Positions 50,069-60,909 of a stretch of 64,000 nt of DNA are shown piece after piece. A program made the position numbers and the translations under genes. This DNA comes from Dehalococcoidia bacterium (GTDB taxonomy: Bacteria; Chloroflexota; Dehalococcoidia; Bin125). The notes beneath the pieces are model-generated. The model made no database searches. It had not been told where the DNA came from and saw only the letters and a program-made list of their open reading frames with translations. How positions within the stretch are numbered: the stretch's first letter is position 1; the number at the start of each line of letters is the position of its first letter. The stretch lies in the NCBI GenBank assembly GCA_963555985.3, contig OY820591.1, forward strand, positions 1,728,001-1,792,000, in the 5' to 3' direction.

Positions 50069-50998
50069 TCAGATCGCCTCCGCCGCCCGCAACCGCGCGC
50101 TGCGCGCGCGCGGATTACGACTGACTTCATCGCTGTGCGGACGCAGTACGCGCCGCGTCAGCACGTGGTACTCGGGGCTGGGCGCGCTGGCCCGCGATTG
50201 CAGGAAGCGCTTCACCAGACGGTCTTCGAGCGAGTGGAACGCGATCACGACCAGACGCCCGCCTCGGCGCAGAATCGAGCGGCTTTGCGCCAGGAAGTCG
50301 TCAAGCCGCTCCAGTTCGCGGTTGACCCCCAGCCGCAGCGCCTGAAACACCCGCGTCGCCGGATGAATTCGCGCACCCGGACGCCGCCCAATCGCAGCGA
50401 CAACCGCCTCCGCGAGTTCGGTCGTCGTGCGAAGCGGGCGACGCTCCACGAGCACACGCGCGATCCGGCGCGAACGGCGTTCTTCGCCGTACTGGTAGAT
50501 CAGGTCGGCGAGCTCATCCTCAGACCAGCCATTGACGATTTCCCCGGCGGTCAGTGCTTCGCCGGAACGACTGTGATCGGGACCGAAACGCATATCGAGC
50601 GGGCCTTCGCGTTGGAATGTGAATCCTCGCTCAGGACGATCGAGTTGCAGCGACGAGAGCCCGAGGTCGCAGAGAATCCCGTCCAGAGGAACGAAACCGT
50701 CTGACCGAGCGGTCTGCGGAGCCTGATCGAGCCAGGCTTGACGCAGCGCCGTGCGCCCGGCGAACGGTGCGAGTCGCTTAGCCGCGATTTCGAGCGCGGC
50801 GGGGTCGGCGTCGGTCCCGAGCAGATGGCCATCGGACGCGGAGGCGCTCAGGATCGCGGCGGCGTGCCCGCCCAATCCCACGGTCGCATCCAGGTAACGT
50901 CCGCCTGGGCGAACATCAAGCATCGCCAGAGCTTCGGTCAGCATCACCGGCTCGTGAGTCGGCTCGCTTGGGTCAGTGTGGTCGTGGAGACGAGTCAT
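50069..50998 (-). CDS. rsmH: 16S rRNA m4C1402 methyltransferase
   Basis: HEPVM, DATVGLGGH, DLGLSSLQLD, FHSLEDRLVK, NPRARSARLR. Confidence 0.97.
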   Translation of the reverse strand: MTRLHDHTDPSEPTHEPVMLTEALAMLDVRPGGRYLDATVGLGGHAAAILSASASDGHLLGTDADPAALEIAAKRLAPFAGRTALRQAWLDQAPQTARSDGFVPLDGILCDLGLSSLQLDRPERGFTFQREGPLDMRFGPDHSRSGEALTAGEIVNGWSEDELADLIYQYGEERRSRRIARVLVERRPLRTTTELAEAVVAAIGRRPGARIHPATRVFQALRLGVNRELERLDDFLAQSRSILRRGGRLVVIAFHSLEDRLVKRFLQSRASAPSPEYHVLTRRVLRPHSDEVSRNPRARSARLRAAEAI

Positions 50999-51435
50999 GA
51001 TCCGCCTCCCTGCGCCGGCTCGAGCAGGTCGGCGTAGTCGCCGATCTGCTGCTGCTCTGCTTGCCAGCGCTCAGCGCTCCAGATTTCGAGACACTCGCCG
51101 TTGCCCGCGATCACGGTCGCGCCGCCGAGTTGGTGAGACTCCCGGAATGGCAACGGAAGCACGATCCGGCCCTGTCGGTCGATTGGGACCTCGAAAGCGT
51201 TCGCGTAGAGCGCGCGGCGCAGCTGTCGGGCGGCGCGACCGCGCGGCGCCGCGGCGATCAGCTCGGCGACCACGCGCTCGTGGTCATCGGGGGTGTACAG
51301 ATCGATCGAGCCGTCGGGTCCGGGCATCACGATGCCGACTTTCTCGAAGCGCGCCCGATAGCGCGCCGGGATCGCGAGGCGGCCACGATCGTCGAGCTGG
51401 TGCTCGAACAGTCCCCGGAAGCCGTTGCTCGCCAT
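50995..51435 (-). CDS. mraZ: Transcriptional regulator MraZ
   Basis: Two DxxGR motifs (DDRGR, DRQGR); first gene of the dcw cluster. Confidence 0.95.
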   Translation of the reverse strand: MASNGFRGLFEHQLDDRGRLAIPARYRARFEKVGIVMPGPDGSIDLYTPDDHERVVAELIAAAPRGRAARQLRRALYANAFEVPIDRQGRIVLPLPFRESHQLGGATVIAGNGECLEIWSAERWQAEQQQIGDYADLLEPAQGGGS

Positions 51436-51644
51436 TGGACGCCTCGCCCTATCTGGTCAGCTTGGGGTCGATTCCCCATTTCGATCCATTTCGTGGGCAT
51501 GTCGGCACTGTATGCAGGAGACCGCGCGGCAAGCAAAGGTAAATTCGGTGAAGGGGCGAAAATCCGCTGTCTATCCCCGAATTGTCCACTACAAAACGTG
51601 GACTGGGGGAAAATCAGCGGCGTAAACCGAAAGACGGCCAAGTT

Positions 51645-52169
51645 ATGACACGAGACCAATCCGCTCGATTTACCGCTGGCGTGCTCACATTGTCCGACAA
51701 AGGCGCGCTCGGACAGCGCGAGGACACGTCCGGACCGCTCATCGTCCGGCGCTTAACGGAAATGGGTCTTGACGTACGCGAACGCGCCTTGATCCCCGAC
51801 GATCCTGCGGGAATCACTGGGCAACTGCGATTGTGGGTCGAAATGGGGCTTGCGCTCGTCGTGACCACCGGCGGCACCGGCTTCGGCCCGCGCGATCATG
51901 CGCCGGAGGCCACCCGCGCGGTGATCGAGCGGGAAGCGCCCGGCCTGGCCGAGCTGATGCGCGCCGAAGGTCTGCGCAAGACCCCGATGGCAGCGCTCAG
52001 CCGGGGCGTCTGCGGGATTGCGCAGCGCACCTTGATCGTCAATCTGCCCGGCTCGGAGAAAGCCGTGAGCGAGAACCTCGCTGCGCTCGCGCCCGTGCTG
52101 CCTCATGCCTTACAGCTGATCGGCGGCGACACCGAGCACAACCCCGTAGACAACCCCGCACAGCCATAA
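51645..52169 (+). CDS. MogA/MoaB family molybdenum cofactor biosynthesis protein
   Basis: LSDKG, REDTSG, TTGGTGFGPRD, NLPGS. Confidence 0.92.
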   Translation: MTRDQSARFTAGVLTLSDKGALGQREDTSGPLIVRRLTEMGLDVRERALIPDDPAGITGQLRLWVEMGLALVVTTGGTGFGPRDHAPEATRAVIEREAPGLAELMRAEGLRKTPMAALSRGVCGIAQRTLIVNLPGSEKAVSENLAALAPVLPHALQLIGGDTEHNPVDNPAQP

Positions 52170-52189
52170 GGCGTCTGTACACTCGCCTT

Positions 52190-53947
52190 ATGGCCCGCCG
52201 CAGCGTCTCCAGAACAATCGCCGAAGCCCGCCGCAGGCTCGCCGCCGAGTCGGGAGCGGTCGTCAAAGACTGGGGCGGACGCCTGCCGGTCGCGCTGGTC
52301 TACCCCAACTCCTACTACCTGGGCATGTCCAACCTCGGCCTGCAAACGATCTACGGCCTGCTCAACCAGCGAGCCGATGTCGTCTGCGAGCGAGCTTTCT
52401 ACGATCCGCCGCCGAAAACGGAGCGCGGCGACGACCGCTCGCTCGGCCCGGTCACGGTCGAATCACAACGGCCGTTAGCCGACTTTCCCGTCGTCGCCTA
52501 CACGCTCACCTACGAAATCGACTACTACCACGTCGTCCGCTCGTTGCAGGCCGCCGGCATTGCTCCGCTGAGCGTCGATCGCAGCGACGGCGATCCGCTC
52601 TTGATCGCCGGCGGCGCTGCCGTGATCACCAATCCGCTCCCGCTCGCCGACTGCTTCGACGCCTTCGTGATCGGAGAAGCCGAACCGATCCTCCAAGAGC
52701 TCATCGACACGCTGGCCGAGCACGCCTGGTCACCGCGCGCAGACCAACTCGAAGCGCTTGCGCAGATCCCGGGCGTCTACGTTCCCGCGATGGGCGCCGG
52801 CAACGGGGTAGAGCGCCAGTGGGTTCGCAACATCGGCACGACTGAGGCGATGTCGCTGGTGCTCACCGACGAGACCGAGTTTCAGCAGATGACGCTGATC
52901 GAAGCGGCGCGCGGCTGCGGTCGCGGCTGCCGCTTCTGCATCGCCGGCTACGTCTTCCGTCCCCCCCGCTACAGACCGTTGGAGTCGCTTCTAAACCAAG
53001 TGACCAGGGGGCTCGAGCGGACAGATCGCGTCGGACTGCTGGGCGCAGCTGTCGCCGATCATCCTCAACTCGCCGACCTCGCGGTCGCCGCCGACCGTAT
53101 GGGCGCGCGCGTCTCCGTCTCCTCCTTGCGCGTCGATAACCTCGCCCTGGAACTGCTGCAAGTGCTCGCCCGAGGCGGCACGCGCACGGTCACGCTCGCA
53201 CCCGAAGCCGGCTCCGAGCGAATGCGGAAGCGCATCAACAAAGAAGTCTCCGAAGAACAGATCCTGCTCGCCGCCGACCGCGTCGGCGAGGCGGCGATGC
53301 GCCGGCTCAAGCTCTACTTCATGATCGGCCTGCCCGACGAAGAGGAAGAAGACGTCGAGGCGATGGCGAATCTCGGTCTGGCCATCAAGGATCGCCTGGA
53401 CAGTCACGGCCACGGCACTGAACTCGTGATGAGCGTTGGCCCGCTCGTGCCCAAGCCGGCGACCGCCTATCAGGAGTTGCCCCAGTCAGAAGCCGCGCTC
53501 GTGCGCGACCGTCAGAAAATCCTCCAGCGCGCCTTTCGCGGTACCGGCATTCGTTTGCGCGGCGACTCGCCCACCTGGGCGCGGATCGATGACATCTGCT
53601 CACGCTCCGATCAGCGCTTGGCGCACGCCATCCTCGAGATGCAGCAACCCTCGGCAAGCGAATGGATGCGAGTCGCTGCCGAGTGGGGCCTGGACGGACC
53701 GCAACCCTGGGGCGGCGGCCCGATGCCCTGGTCGGCAGTCGAGACCGGGATCACCGCGCGCTTCTTCGAGCGCGAAATGGCGAAGCATCTGCGCGGTCGC
53801 TCCACGATCGCCTGCCCCCCGCCCGAGCTGGGCTGCAACATGTGCGGCGTCTGCGGCGGCGAAGAGATTCCCAGCTACTCGCCTCACGCTGTAGTGGGTC
53901 TTGAGCAGATCGGCGCAGCCCCAACCGAAGTCCCGCTCGGAGTGTGA
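52190..53947 (+). CDS. Radical SAM protein (B12-binding-like N-terminal domain)
   Basis: YPNSYYLGMSNLG, CxxxCxxC (GCGRGCRFC), APEAGSER, YFMIGLP, C-terminal Cys cluster. Confidence 0.9.
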   Translation: MARRSVSRTIAEARRRLAAESGAVVKDWGGRLPVALVYPNSYYLGMSNLGLQTIYGLLNQRADVVCERAFYDPPPKTERGDDRSLGPVTVESQRPLADFPVVAYTLTYEIDYYHVVRSLQAAGIAPLSVDRSDGDPLLIAGGAAVITNPLPLADCFDAFVIGEAEPILQELIDTLAEHAWSPRADQLEALAQIPGVYVPAMGAGNGVERQWVRNIGTTEAMSLVLTDETEFQQMTLIEAARGCGRGCRFCIAGYVFRPPRYRPLESLLNQVTRGLERTDRVGLLGAAVADHPQLADLAVAADRMGARVSVSSLRVDNLALELLQVLARGGTRTVTLAPEAGSERMRKRINKEVSEEQILLAADRVGEAAMRRLKLYFMIGLPDEEEEDVEAMANLGLAIKDRLDSHGHGTELVMSVGPLVPKPATAYQELPQSEAALVRDRQKILQRAFRGTGIRLRGDSPTWARIDDICSRSDQRLAHAILEMQQPSASEWMRVAAEWGLDGPQPWGGGPMPWSAVETGITARFFEREMAKHLRGRSTIACPPPELGCNMCGVCGGEEIPSYSPHAVVGLEQIGAAPTEVPLGV

Positions 53948-54633
53948 TCGTGGCGCAGCTCTCCGTCGCCGGTGGCGTGGCCCAGCGACTACGCACGGTG
54001 CATCAGTCAATCGCCGAGGCCTGCCATACCGCCGACCGTGATCCGTCCGAGGTCAGACTGATCGCCGTCTCAAAGACCTTCCCAGCCGAGGCGATCGCTG
54101 AAGCCTACGACGCCGGACAGCGAGACTTCGGCGAGAATCGAGTGCAAGAGGGCCTGGCCAAGCTGGATCGCATCGCCGAACTGGGCCTGACAGACGCCCG
54201 CGTCCACCTGATCGGACATCTCCAGCGCAACAAAGCCCGCCACGCAGGAGCATTCGCCTCCGTGCAGTCGGTAGACAGCCTGCGCCTCGCGCAGGCAATC
54301 TCACGCCGCCTGGAAGCGCCGCTCCCGATCCTGCTGGAAGTGAATCTGGCTGCCGAAGAGTCAAAACAAGGCTTCGCCCCAGCTGAACTGGAACAGGCGA
54401 AAGCGGACATCCAAGACCTGCCCCACCTCGACGTGCAGGGACTCATGACCGTCCCACCGTTGGTTGACGACCCCGAACAGGTGCGTCCGCTGTTTCGGGA
54501 ACTGCGCCAATGGCGCGATCGTCTCGGACTGCGCGAACTCAGCATGGGCATGTCCAATGACTACGCTGTCGCCATCGAGGAAGGCGCGACGATGGTGCGA
54601 ATCGGCCGCGCCGTCTTTGGGGAGCGCGGATAA
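53944..54633 (+). CDS. yggS: PLP homeostasis protein YggS
   Basis: IAVSKT, FGENRVQE, IGHLQRNK, LSMGMSND. Confidence 0.96.
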   Translation: MIVAQLSVAGGVAQRLRTVHQSIAEACHTADRDPSEVRLIAVSKTFPAEAIAEAYDAGQRDFGENRVQEGLAKLDRIAELGLTDARVHLIGHLQRNKARHAGAFASVQSVDSLRLAQAISRRLEAPLPILLEVNLAAEESKQGFAPAELEQAKADIQDLPHLDVQGLMTVPPLVDDPEQVRPLFRELRQWRDRLGLRELSMGMSNDYAVAIEEGATMVRIGRAVFGERG

Positions 54634-55433
54634 TGGGCGCGATCGCGGTCATCGGCGGAGGCACGATGGGCGCCACCTTCATCCGCGCCGTCACCTCCGC
54701 AAACCTGGCCTCCCACGCCGAAATCGCCGTCTGCGAAGCGCTGGACGCAAGACGCGCCTGGCTGACAGACGAGTTTGACGGGATCAACGTAACCGGCGAC
54801 TTCGCCCGCGCCATCCGCGACGCCGACGTGCTCTACCTCTCCGTCAAACCTCAAGACCTCTCCTCACTCCACCCGGGACTCCTCGATCCATCGCAGCTGG
54901 CGATCTCCATCCTCGCCGGATCAACAATGGCCAGCGTGCAAGCCGCCCTCGGACACGAACGAGTGATCCGCGCTATGCCCAACACTCCCGCCCAGATCGG
55001 GCGCGGCCTCACCGTCTGGACCGCCGCCGAATGTGTGACCCGGCAAGAACGCGAACGCACCCGAGAGCTGCTCGGCGCGATGGGCGTCGAAATCTACGCC
55101 GACGACGAGTCCATGATCGACAAGGCCACCGCCATCAACGGCTCCGGCCCGGCCTACGTCTTCCTCCTGATCGAAGCCATGATCAACGGCGCGGTCTCAA
55201 TCGGACTGCGCCCGGATGAGGCCCGTCGCATGGTCCTGGAGACCGTAATCGGTTCAGCCGAGTTCGTTTCACAATCAGGTGAACATCCCGCCGTACTGCG
55301 AGATATGGTGACATCACCGGCAGGCACCACCGCAGCCGGTGTCAGAGTGCTGGAGAATCGCGCCGTGCGCGCGGCCATGATCGAGGCAATTGCAGCGGCC
55401 CACGCCCGCGCCGAAGAGTTGGGACGAGCATGA
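54633..55433 (+). CDS. proC: Pyrroline-5-carboxylate reductase
   Basis: GGGTMG, RAMPNTP, GSGPAY, VTSPAGTT. Confidence 0.96.
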   Translation: MGAIAVIGGGTMGATFIRAVTSANLASHAEIAVCEALDARRAWLTDEFDGINVTGDFARAIRDADVLYLSVKPQDLSSLHPGLLDPSQLAISILAGSTMASVQAALGHERVIRAMPNTPAQIGRGLTVWTAAECVTRQERERTRELLGAMGVEIYADDESMIDKATAINGSGPAYVFLLIEAMINGAVSIGLRPDEARRMVLETVIGSAEFVSQSGEHPAVLRDMVTSPAGTTAAGVRVLENRAVRAAMIEAIAAAHARAEELGRA

Positions 55434-55696
55434 GCGAAGCGCTCAACATCATCGCCACCGTGCTCACGATCTACAGCTTCATCGTGCTCGCCCGAGTCCT
55501 GATGAGCTGGGTGCCGATGTTCACCGGCCGTCCGCTCGACCCTTCCAACCCACTGGTCAAGTTCCTGCTCGATGTAACCGAACCGATCATGGCCCCCGTT
55601 CGCCGCTACACGACCATCGGCATGATTGACCTCTCGCCCCTGGTCGTCCTGATCGGGCTACAGATCATCGCCGGCATCCTCCGCGGGGCTGCCTAA
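55430..55696 (+). CDS. yggT: YggT family membrane protein
   Basis: VTEPIMAPVRR...IDLSPLV. Confidence 0.9.
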   Translation: MSEALNIIATVLTIYSFIVLARVLMSWVPMFTGRPLDPSNPLVKFLLDVTEPIMAPVRRYTTIGMIDLSPLVVLIGLQIIAGILRGAA

Positions 55697-55735
55697 CCGG
55701 AGGCTGACGAAATTGCGGCGGATCCGAACAAAGAG

Positions 55736-55769
55736 TTGACATTGACTCAAATCTGCCGTACATTCGTTC
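55736..55769 (+). promoter_or_regulatory. Sigma70-type recA promoter with overlapping LexA (SOS) box
   Basis: TTGACA (55736)-N17-TACATT (55759); GTAC-N4-GTTC at 55758-55769, one mismatch to GAAC-N4-GTTC. Confidence 0.75.
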
Positions 55770-55828
55770 CGTGACGCCTCGGCAACCATCCACTTGAGGC
55801 GATCAGACGAGAACGAAAGGCGCAGGAC

Positions 55829-57046
55829 ATGATCGAGCCGATCGACCTGTTCACCGAGAAAGCGACGGAGCAGATGCCAAAGTCCGACACAACCAGCGAA
55901 TCCCTGCCAAGCGCTCAGGATCAAACGCCCGCCTCCGAGCCGCCGCCCGCCGTGACCGAGCTCTTGGGCGACATGGAACGCCGCTTTGGCGAAGGCTCGC
56001 TGATGCGGCTGGGCGACGCCACCGCCAGAATGACCGTCGCCGGAATCCCCACCGGCGCCCTCTCCCTCGATGTAGCGCTCGGAATCGGCGGACTCCCGCG
56101 CGGACGCATCGTCGAAATCTACGGCCCTGAAAGCGCCGGCAAGTCCACCGTCGCCCAGCACGTGATCGCCGAAGCCCAGCGACTTGGCGGCCAAGCAGCC
56201 TACATCGACGTCGAACACGCCCTCGATCCGGAGTTCGCCGAGCGCATCGGGATCGACACCACCTCACTGCTGGTCGCTCAACCGGACACCGGCGAACAAG
56301 CCCTGGAAATCGCCGAAGCGCTTGTCCGCAGCAACGCCATCGACGTGGTCGTGATCGACTCCGTCGCCGCGCTCGTGCCTCGCGCCGAGATCGAGGGCGA
56401 GATGGGCGATGTCCAGGTCGGCCTCCAGGCGCGCCTGATGTCACAGGCTCTGCGCAAGCTCACCGGCGTCGTCTCGCGCTCCAAGACCGTGCTGATCTTC
56501 ATCAACCAGCTGCGCGAAAAGGTCGGCATCGTCTTCGGCAACCCGGAGACCACACCCGGCGGACGTGCGCTCAAGTTCTACTCCTCCGTCCGGATCGAAC
56601 TGCGCCGCGCCGAAACGCTCAAAAACGGCCAGACCGTGATCGGCTCCCGCGTCAAGGCCAAGGTCGTCAAGAACAAAGTCGCCCCGCCCTTCCGCACCGC
56701 CGAGTTCGACCTCATGTTCACCACCAGCGAGTACGGCATCTCCAAGACCGGCTGCCTGCTCGACCTGGGCGTCGACGCCGCCCCGGGCGCGCCGACCGGA
56801 ACCGATCCGGTCATTCGCAAGATGGGCACCTTCTACTCCTACGGCGAACAGCGCCTGGGCCAGGGACGCGAGCGCTCAAAGGCGTTCATGCGCGAACACC
56901 CCGAGCTGGCCCAAGAGATTGAGCAGAAGATTCGCGAGCAGTTCGGCGTCCAGTCGGCGCCCGAGCTCACTCCCGCATCAACCGACGCCGCCTCGCCGAT
57001 CGAGAAACCCGCACCGCGCAAACGGGGACGCGCTCGCTCTGCCTAA
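55829..57046 (+). CDS. recA: Recombinase RecA
   Basis: [50 protein letters not shown]. Confidence 0.99.
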   Translation: MIEPIDLFTEKATEQMPKSDTTSESLPSAQDQTPASEPPPAVTELLGDMERRFGEGSLMRLGDATARMTVAGIPTGALSLDVALGIGGLPRGRIVEIYGPESAGKSTVAQHVIAEAQRLGGQAAYIDVEHALDPEFAERIGIDTTSLLVAQPDTGEQALEIAEALVRSNAIDVVVIDSVAALVPRAEIEGEMGDVQVGLQARLMSQALRKLTGVVSRSKTVLIFINQLREKVGIVFGNPETTPGGRALKFYSSVRIELRRAETLKNGQTVIGSRVKAKVVKNKVAPPFRTAEFDLMFTTSEYGISKTGCLLDLGVDAAPGAPTGTDPVIRKMGTFYSYGEQRLGQGRERSKAFMREHPELAQEIEQKIREQFGVQSAPELTPASTDAASPIEKPAPRKRGRARSA

Positions 57047-57067
57047 CCGAGCAGCCGGAGCGACGAG

Positions 57068-57559
57068 ATGACTCTCGTGCTGGACATCCACCGCCGCGGA
57101 CCCGTCTGCGTCGTGCAGTTCGAGAACGCCGACGAACTGCATTGCACCCGCTCGTTCGCCCAGCGCATCCGCATCGGCCGCGGCCAACAGATCGAGCCCG
57201 CCCTGCTCGAGCGCCTGCGCGAGACCGCTGGAATCGAACTGGGCCTGGACCTGGCCCGTCGCCGGCTCGCGCACGGCCTCCACAGCCGCTCCGAGCTCAA
57301 CCAACGCCTGCTCGCAGCAGGCGTGCCCAGAGCCGCGGCAGCCGCCGCCCTCGATCAGCTCGAAGAACTCCACGAACTCGACGACGCGACCAGCGCACTA
57401 GCCCTGGCCCGCCTCAACCTCCGAGAGCGAGACGCCGACTGGCCCGCCTATCGAACTCGCTGCGGACGCCGCCTCCAACGACGCGGATTCGCCGCCCCCG
57501 AGATTGCAAAAGCCCTCAGCGCCGCCTGGTCGGAAGCCAACCAACCCCCCACCGACTAG
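57068..57559 (+). CDS. recX: RecX family regulator
   Basis: Directly after recA; HSRSELNQRL, LDD, LQRRGF. Confidence 0.75.
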   Translation: MTLVLDIHRRGPVCVVQFENADELHCTRSFAQRIRIGRGQQIEPALLERLRETAGIELGLDLARRRLAHGLHSRSELNQRLLAAGVPRAAAAAALDQLEELHELDDATSALALARLNLRERDADWPAYRTRCGRRLQRRGFAAPEIAKALSAAWSEANQPPTD

Positions 57560-57682
57560 CGCATCGCACCCATTCGGCGGTAGGCTTGCAGTAGCTGACA
57601 ACGCCCCGCGCTGCACGGAAGACGCGGAGCGCCTATCTGGTAGCGCGCAAACCGATGCCGATCTACCTGAGTCGAGGACATT

Positions 57683-59161
57683 ATGTGGGGAGCCCTGATG
57701 CGGCTCCTGCGCGGTGGGCCCGATCCACGCGACGAGGCCCAACTCGAAGCCGAACGAATCCTCCAGCGAGCAGAGCAGGAGGCGCGTGAACGGCTTCTCG
57801 AAGCGCAGGAACAGGCCATTGCACAGCGTGATGAAGTTCTGACCGACGCCCGTGAGACACGTGCGGAGGCCCAACGGCTCGAAAGCCGCCTCATCCGGCG
57901 CGAAGAGTCGCTGGACGAGCGTCAGCGCAACCTCGAAAGCACCGAGCAGCGCCAACGCAAGCTCGAGCAGCGCCTGCAAAAGCGAGCCTCTCAGCTCGAT
58001 CAGCGCGAGGCCGAGCACGACCAGCGCCTCCAAGAGATCTCGAGCATGACCCGCGACGAAGCTCGCGCCATCCTCTTCGACCAGGTCGAGCAGGAAATCT
58101 CCGACGAGGCCGGCCGCCGCGTCCGCGAAGCCGAGCAGAAGGCCCGCGACGAAGCCGAGGAGCGCGCCCGCAAGATCGTCGCCACCGCCATTCAGCGCGT
58201 CGCCTCCGAAGTCACCACCGAATCCACCGTCTCCGTCGTCCAGATCCCTAACGACGAGATGAAAGGCCGCATCATCGGCCGCGAAGGACGCAACATCCGC
58301 GCCCTTGAAGCCGCCATCGGCTGCGATCTGATCATTGACGACACCCCCGACGTCGTCACCGTCTCCGGCTTCGACCCGGTCCGCCGCGAGGTCGGACGCC
58401 TCTCACTCAGCCGCCTCGTCGCCGACGGCCGCATCCACCCCTCTCGAATCGAGGAAACCGTCGCCAAAGCCCAGCGCGATGTTGACCGGATCGTCCGCGA
58501 CGCCGGCGAAGAAGCCGCCATCGAAGCCCATTGCAGCGGACTCCCCCGCGACATGCTCGACATCTTCGGGCGGCTCCGCTTCCGCACCAGCTACGGACAG
58601 AACCAGCTCCGCCACGCGGTCGAAACCGCCCACATCGGCGCGATGATCGCGCAGGAGATCCACGCCGATGTCGAGGTCACGCGGCGCGGGTCGCTCCTCC
58701 ACGACGTAGGCAAGGCGATCGACCACGAGGTCGAAGGAACTCACGCCATCATCGGCGGAGACCTCGCCCGCCGCTTCAAGATGTCCGAGGACATCGCCCA
58801 CTGCATTGAGGCCCACCACGATGAAGTCGAGCTGCGCACCGTCGAAGCGATCATCGTCCAAATGGCCGACGCCATCTCCGGCGGCAGACCGGGCGCGCGC
58901 CGCGAATCGGTCGAGCGCTACATCGAGCGCCTCCGCAGCCTCGAAGACATCGCCACCTCCTTCGGCGGCGTCGGTCAGGCCTACGCCATCCAAGCCGGAC
59001 GCGAAGTCCGCGTGATCGTCGATCCCCGCGAAGTCGACGACCTCGGCTCTATGCGCCTCGCCCGCGACATCTCCAAGAAGATCGAAGAAACCTTGCAGTA
59101 CCCGGGCCAGATCCGAGTCACCGTTCTCCGCGAAACCCGAGCCGCCGAGTACGCGCGCTAG
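57683..59161 (+). CDS. rny: Ribonuclease Y
   Basis: Coiled coil, KH domain ([11 protein letters not shown]), HD domain (LLHDVGK), ends [10 protein letters not shown]. Confidence 0.97.
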   Translation: MWGALMRLLRGGPDPRDEAQLEAERILQRAEQEARERLLEAQEQAIAQRDEVLTDARETRAEAQRLESRLIRREESLDERQRNLESTEQRQRKLEQRLQKRASQLDQREAEHDQRLQEISSMTRDEARAILFDQVEQEISDEAGRRVREAEQKARDEAEERARKIVATAIQRVASEVTTESTVSVVQIPNDEMKGRIIGREGRNIRALEAAIGCDLIIDDTPDVVTVSGFDPVRREVGRLSLSRLVADGRIHPSRIEETVAKAQRDVDRIVRDAGEEAAIEAHCSGLPRDMLDIFGRLRFRTSYGQNQLRHAVETAHIGAMIAQEIHADVEVTRRGSLLHDVGKAIDHEVEGTHAIIGGDLARRFKMSEDIAHCIEAHHDEVELRTVEAIIVQMADAISGGRPGARRESVERYIERLRSLEDIATSFGGVGQAYAIQAGREVRVIVDPREVDDLGSMRLARDISKKIEETLQYPGQIRVTVLRETRAAEYAR

Positions 59162-59173
59162 CGATCGGAACCA

Positions 59174-60037
59174 ATGCCGCCGCTCGACCTCCACACCCAC
59201 AGCACCCGCTCCGACGGAGTCAAATCACCAAGCTGGGTCATCCGCCGAGCCGCAGCCAACGGCGCCAACACCATCGCTCTCACCGACCACGACACCCTCG
59301 CCGGAGTCCCCGAAGCAATCCGCGCCGGGCGCGAACATGGCCTGCGCATAATCGCCGGCGTCGAACTCGGCGTACATACCGACGCGCTCGGCGAACTCCA
59401 CGTCCTCGGCTACTTCCCCGCAGTCAACGATCCCTCCGATCCTCGTCTCTTCCAGTTCGAGCGCCAACTGGCCATATACCGCGACGACCGAGACGCTCGT
59501 GCCGAGTCGATCATCGAGCGCCTGGCCGAACTGGGCTGCCCAATCGAGCTCGCCCGCGTCAAGCACTTCGCCAGCGACGGCTCCGTCGGCCGCCCCCACA
59601 TCGCCAGAGCCGTAGTGGAAGCAGGTCACGTGGAGTCCGTCCAAGAAGCGTTCGACCGCTACCTCCACGATCACGGACCCGCTTATGTCGCCCGAGAACT
59701 GCTCAGCCTCGAAGCCTCGATCCAGTTGATCCACGATGCCGGCGGCTTGGCTTCTCTCGCCCACCCCTCGAGATACCGCGAGCCGGACGCTGCAATCGAC
59801 GAGTTCGCCGCCTCAGGCGGCGACGCCATCGAGGTCTACTACCGCAACGACGACCGCGAGACGATCGCCCGCGGCGAGCAGAAGGCCCGTCAGCGCCGCT
59901 TGCTGATGACCGTCGGCTCCGACTGGCACGGCCTCCACGAGGGAGAATCCGAACCTGCGACCGTTGCCGTCCCAGCCGAAGCTGTGGAGCGGCTATTGGC
60001 CGCGTTCGCAACCTTGGAAGCGGAGCCGATCCGATGA
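59174..60037 (+). CDS. PHP domain phosphoesterase
   Basis: [30 protein letters not shown]. Confidence 0.92.
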   Translation: MPPLDLHTHSTRSDGVKSPSWVIRRAAANGANTIALTDHDTLAGVPEAIRAGREHGLRIIAGVELGVHTDALGELHVLGYFPAVNDPSDPRLFQFERQLAIYRDDRDARAESIIERLAELGCPIELARVKHFASDGSVGRPHIARAVVEAGHVESVQEAFDRYLHDHGPAYVARELLSLEASIQLIHDAGGLASLAHPSRYREPDAAIDEFAASGGDAIEVYYRNDDRETIARGEQKARQRRLLMTVGSDWHGLHEGESEPATVAVPAEAVERLLAAFATLEAEPIR

Positions 60038-60486
60038 GCGAAACCCAACTCGACATCCGCGCCATTCAGCGCATCATCCCCCACCGCTTCCCCATCCTCC
60101 TGATCGACCGCATCATCGAACTCGAACCCGGCAAGCGCGCCGTCGCGCTCAAGAATGTCACCGTCAACGAGTGGTTCTTCGAAGGCCACTTCCCGGGCAA
60201 CCCGATTATGCCCGGAGTCCTGATCGTCGAAGCCCTCGCCCAAACCGGAGCTGTCGCCGCCCTCAGCGCCGATCAATTCGCCGGCAAACTCGGCCTCTTC
60301 GCCGGCATCGACAACCTCCGCTTCCGCCGCCAGGTCGTCCCCGGAGATCAACTCCGCCTAGAGGTCACGATGGAGCGCCTCCGAGGCCCCATCGGCCGAG
60401 CCAGCGCCCAAGCCACGGTCGACGGCGAACTGGCCTGCGAAGGCCGCCTCACCTTCGCCCTCGTCGACCCGCCCGAAGACGACTAG
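60034..60486 (+). CDS. fabZ: 3-hydroxyacyl-ACP dehydratase
   Basis: [31 protein letters not shown]. Confidence 0.97.
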   Translation: MSETQLDIRAIQRIIPHRFPILLIDRIIELEPGKRAVALKNVTVNEWFFEGHFPGNPIMPGVLIVEALAQTGAVAALSADQFAGKLGLFAGIDNLRFRRQVVPGDQLRLEVTMERLRGPIGRASAQATVDGELACEGRLTFALVDPPEDD

Positions 60487-60522
60487 CAACCTACAACACC
60501 CGCGAAAGCCTCACCCGTACTC

Positions 60523-60865
60523 ACTCCGTCATTCCCGCGCTCCGTCGCGGGAATCTCGCCGAGTCCTGCACCGCCGTCTCACTCGGAAGCAATCCCCTGC
60601 ACTGAATCGCTCAGCTGCATCTGGCTGCTGTGCCGCTCACAGAGACCGATGCATAGCCCTTGTTCCGTCATTCCCGCGAAAGGAGGCCTTTGCAAAACGG
60701 CCATTTCCGTCATTCCAGGCTTGACCTGGAATCTCGTTCGGAGTTCGGTCTATCTGGTCGGGCGAGATTCCAGCTTTCGCTGGAATGACGAGCTCAGCCG
60801 ATCGCGGGGTTATGCATCGGTCCCTCACAGCGAGATACCCGCGGCAAGCGCGGGTATGACGGAGT
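60523..60865. repeat. Compound REP-like element containing a nested MITE-like insert
   Basis: Outer inverted repeat ACTCCGTCATTCCCGCGC / GCGCGGGTATGACGGAGT; several internal GTCATTCC palindromes. Confidence 0.75.
60642..60824. mobile_element. MITE-like element with 18-bp imperfect TIRs and TCACA direct repeats
   Basis: GAGACCGATGCATAGCCC ... GGGTTATGCATCGGTCCC (16/18 match), flanked by TCACA at 60637-60641 and 60825-60829. Confidence 0.65.
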
Positions 60866-60909
60866 CCAGGAGTGGGGACTGCAAGGACATGCTCAATACG
60901 AACACACTC

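Noticed and set aside
51470-51610. MraZ operator repeats upstream of mraZ
   Set aside because: Only two imperfect 10-bp-spaced units were visible, too weak to call
52297-52320. Possible self-target of spacer 2 in the radical SAM gene (shared TCTACCCCAAC)
   Set aside because: Only 11 contiguous matches, and extension needs a 6-nt gap; compatible with chance
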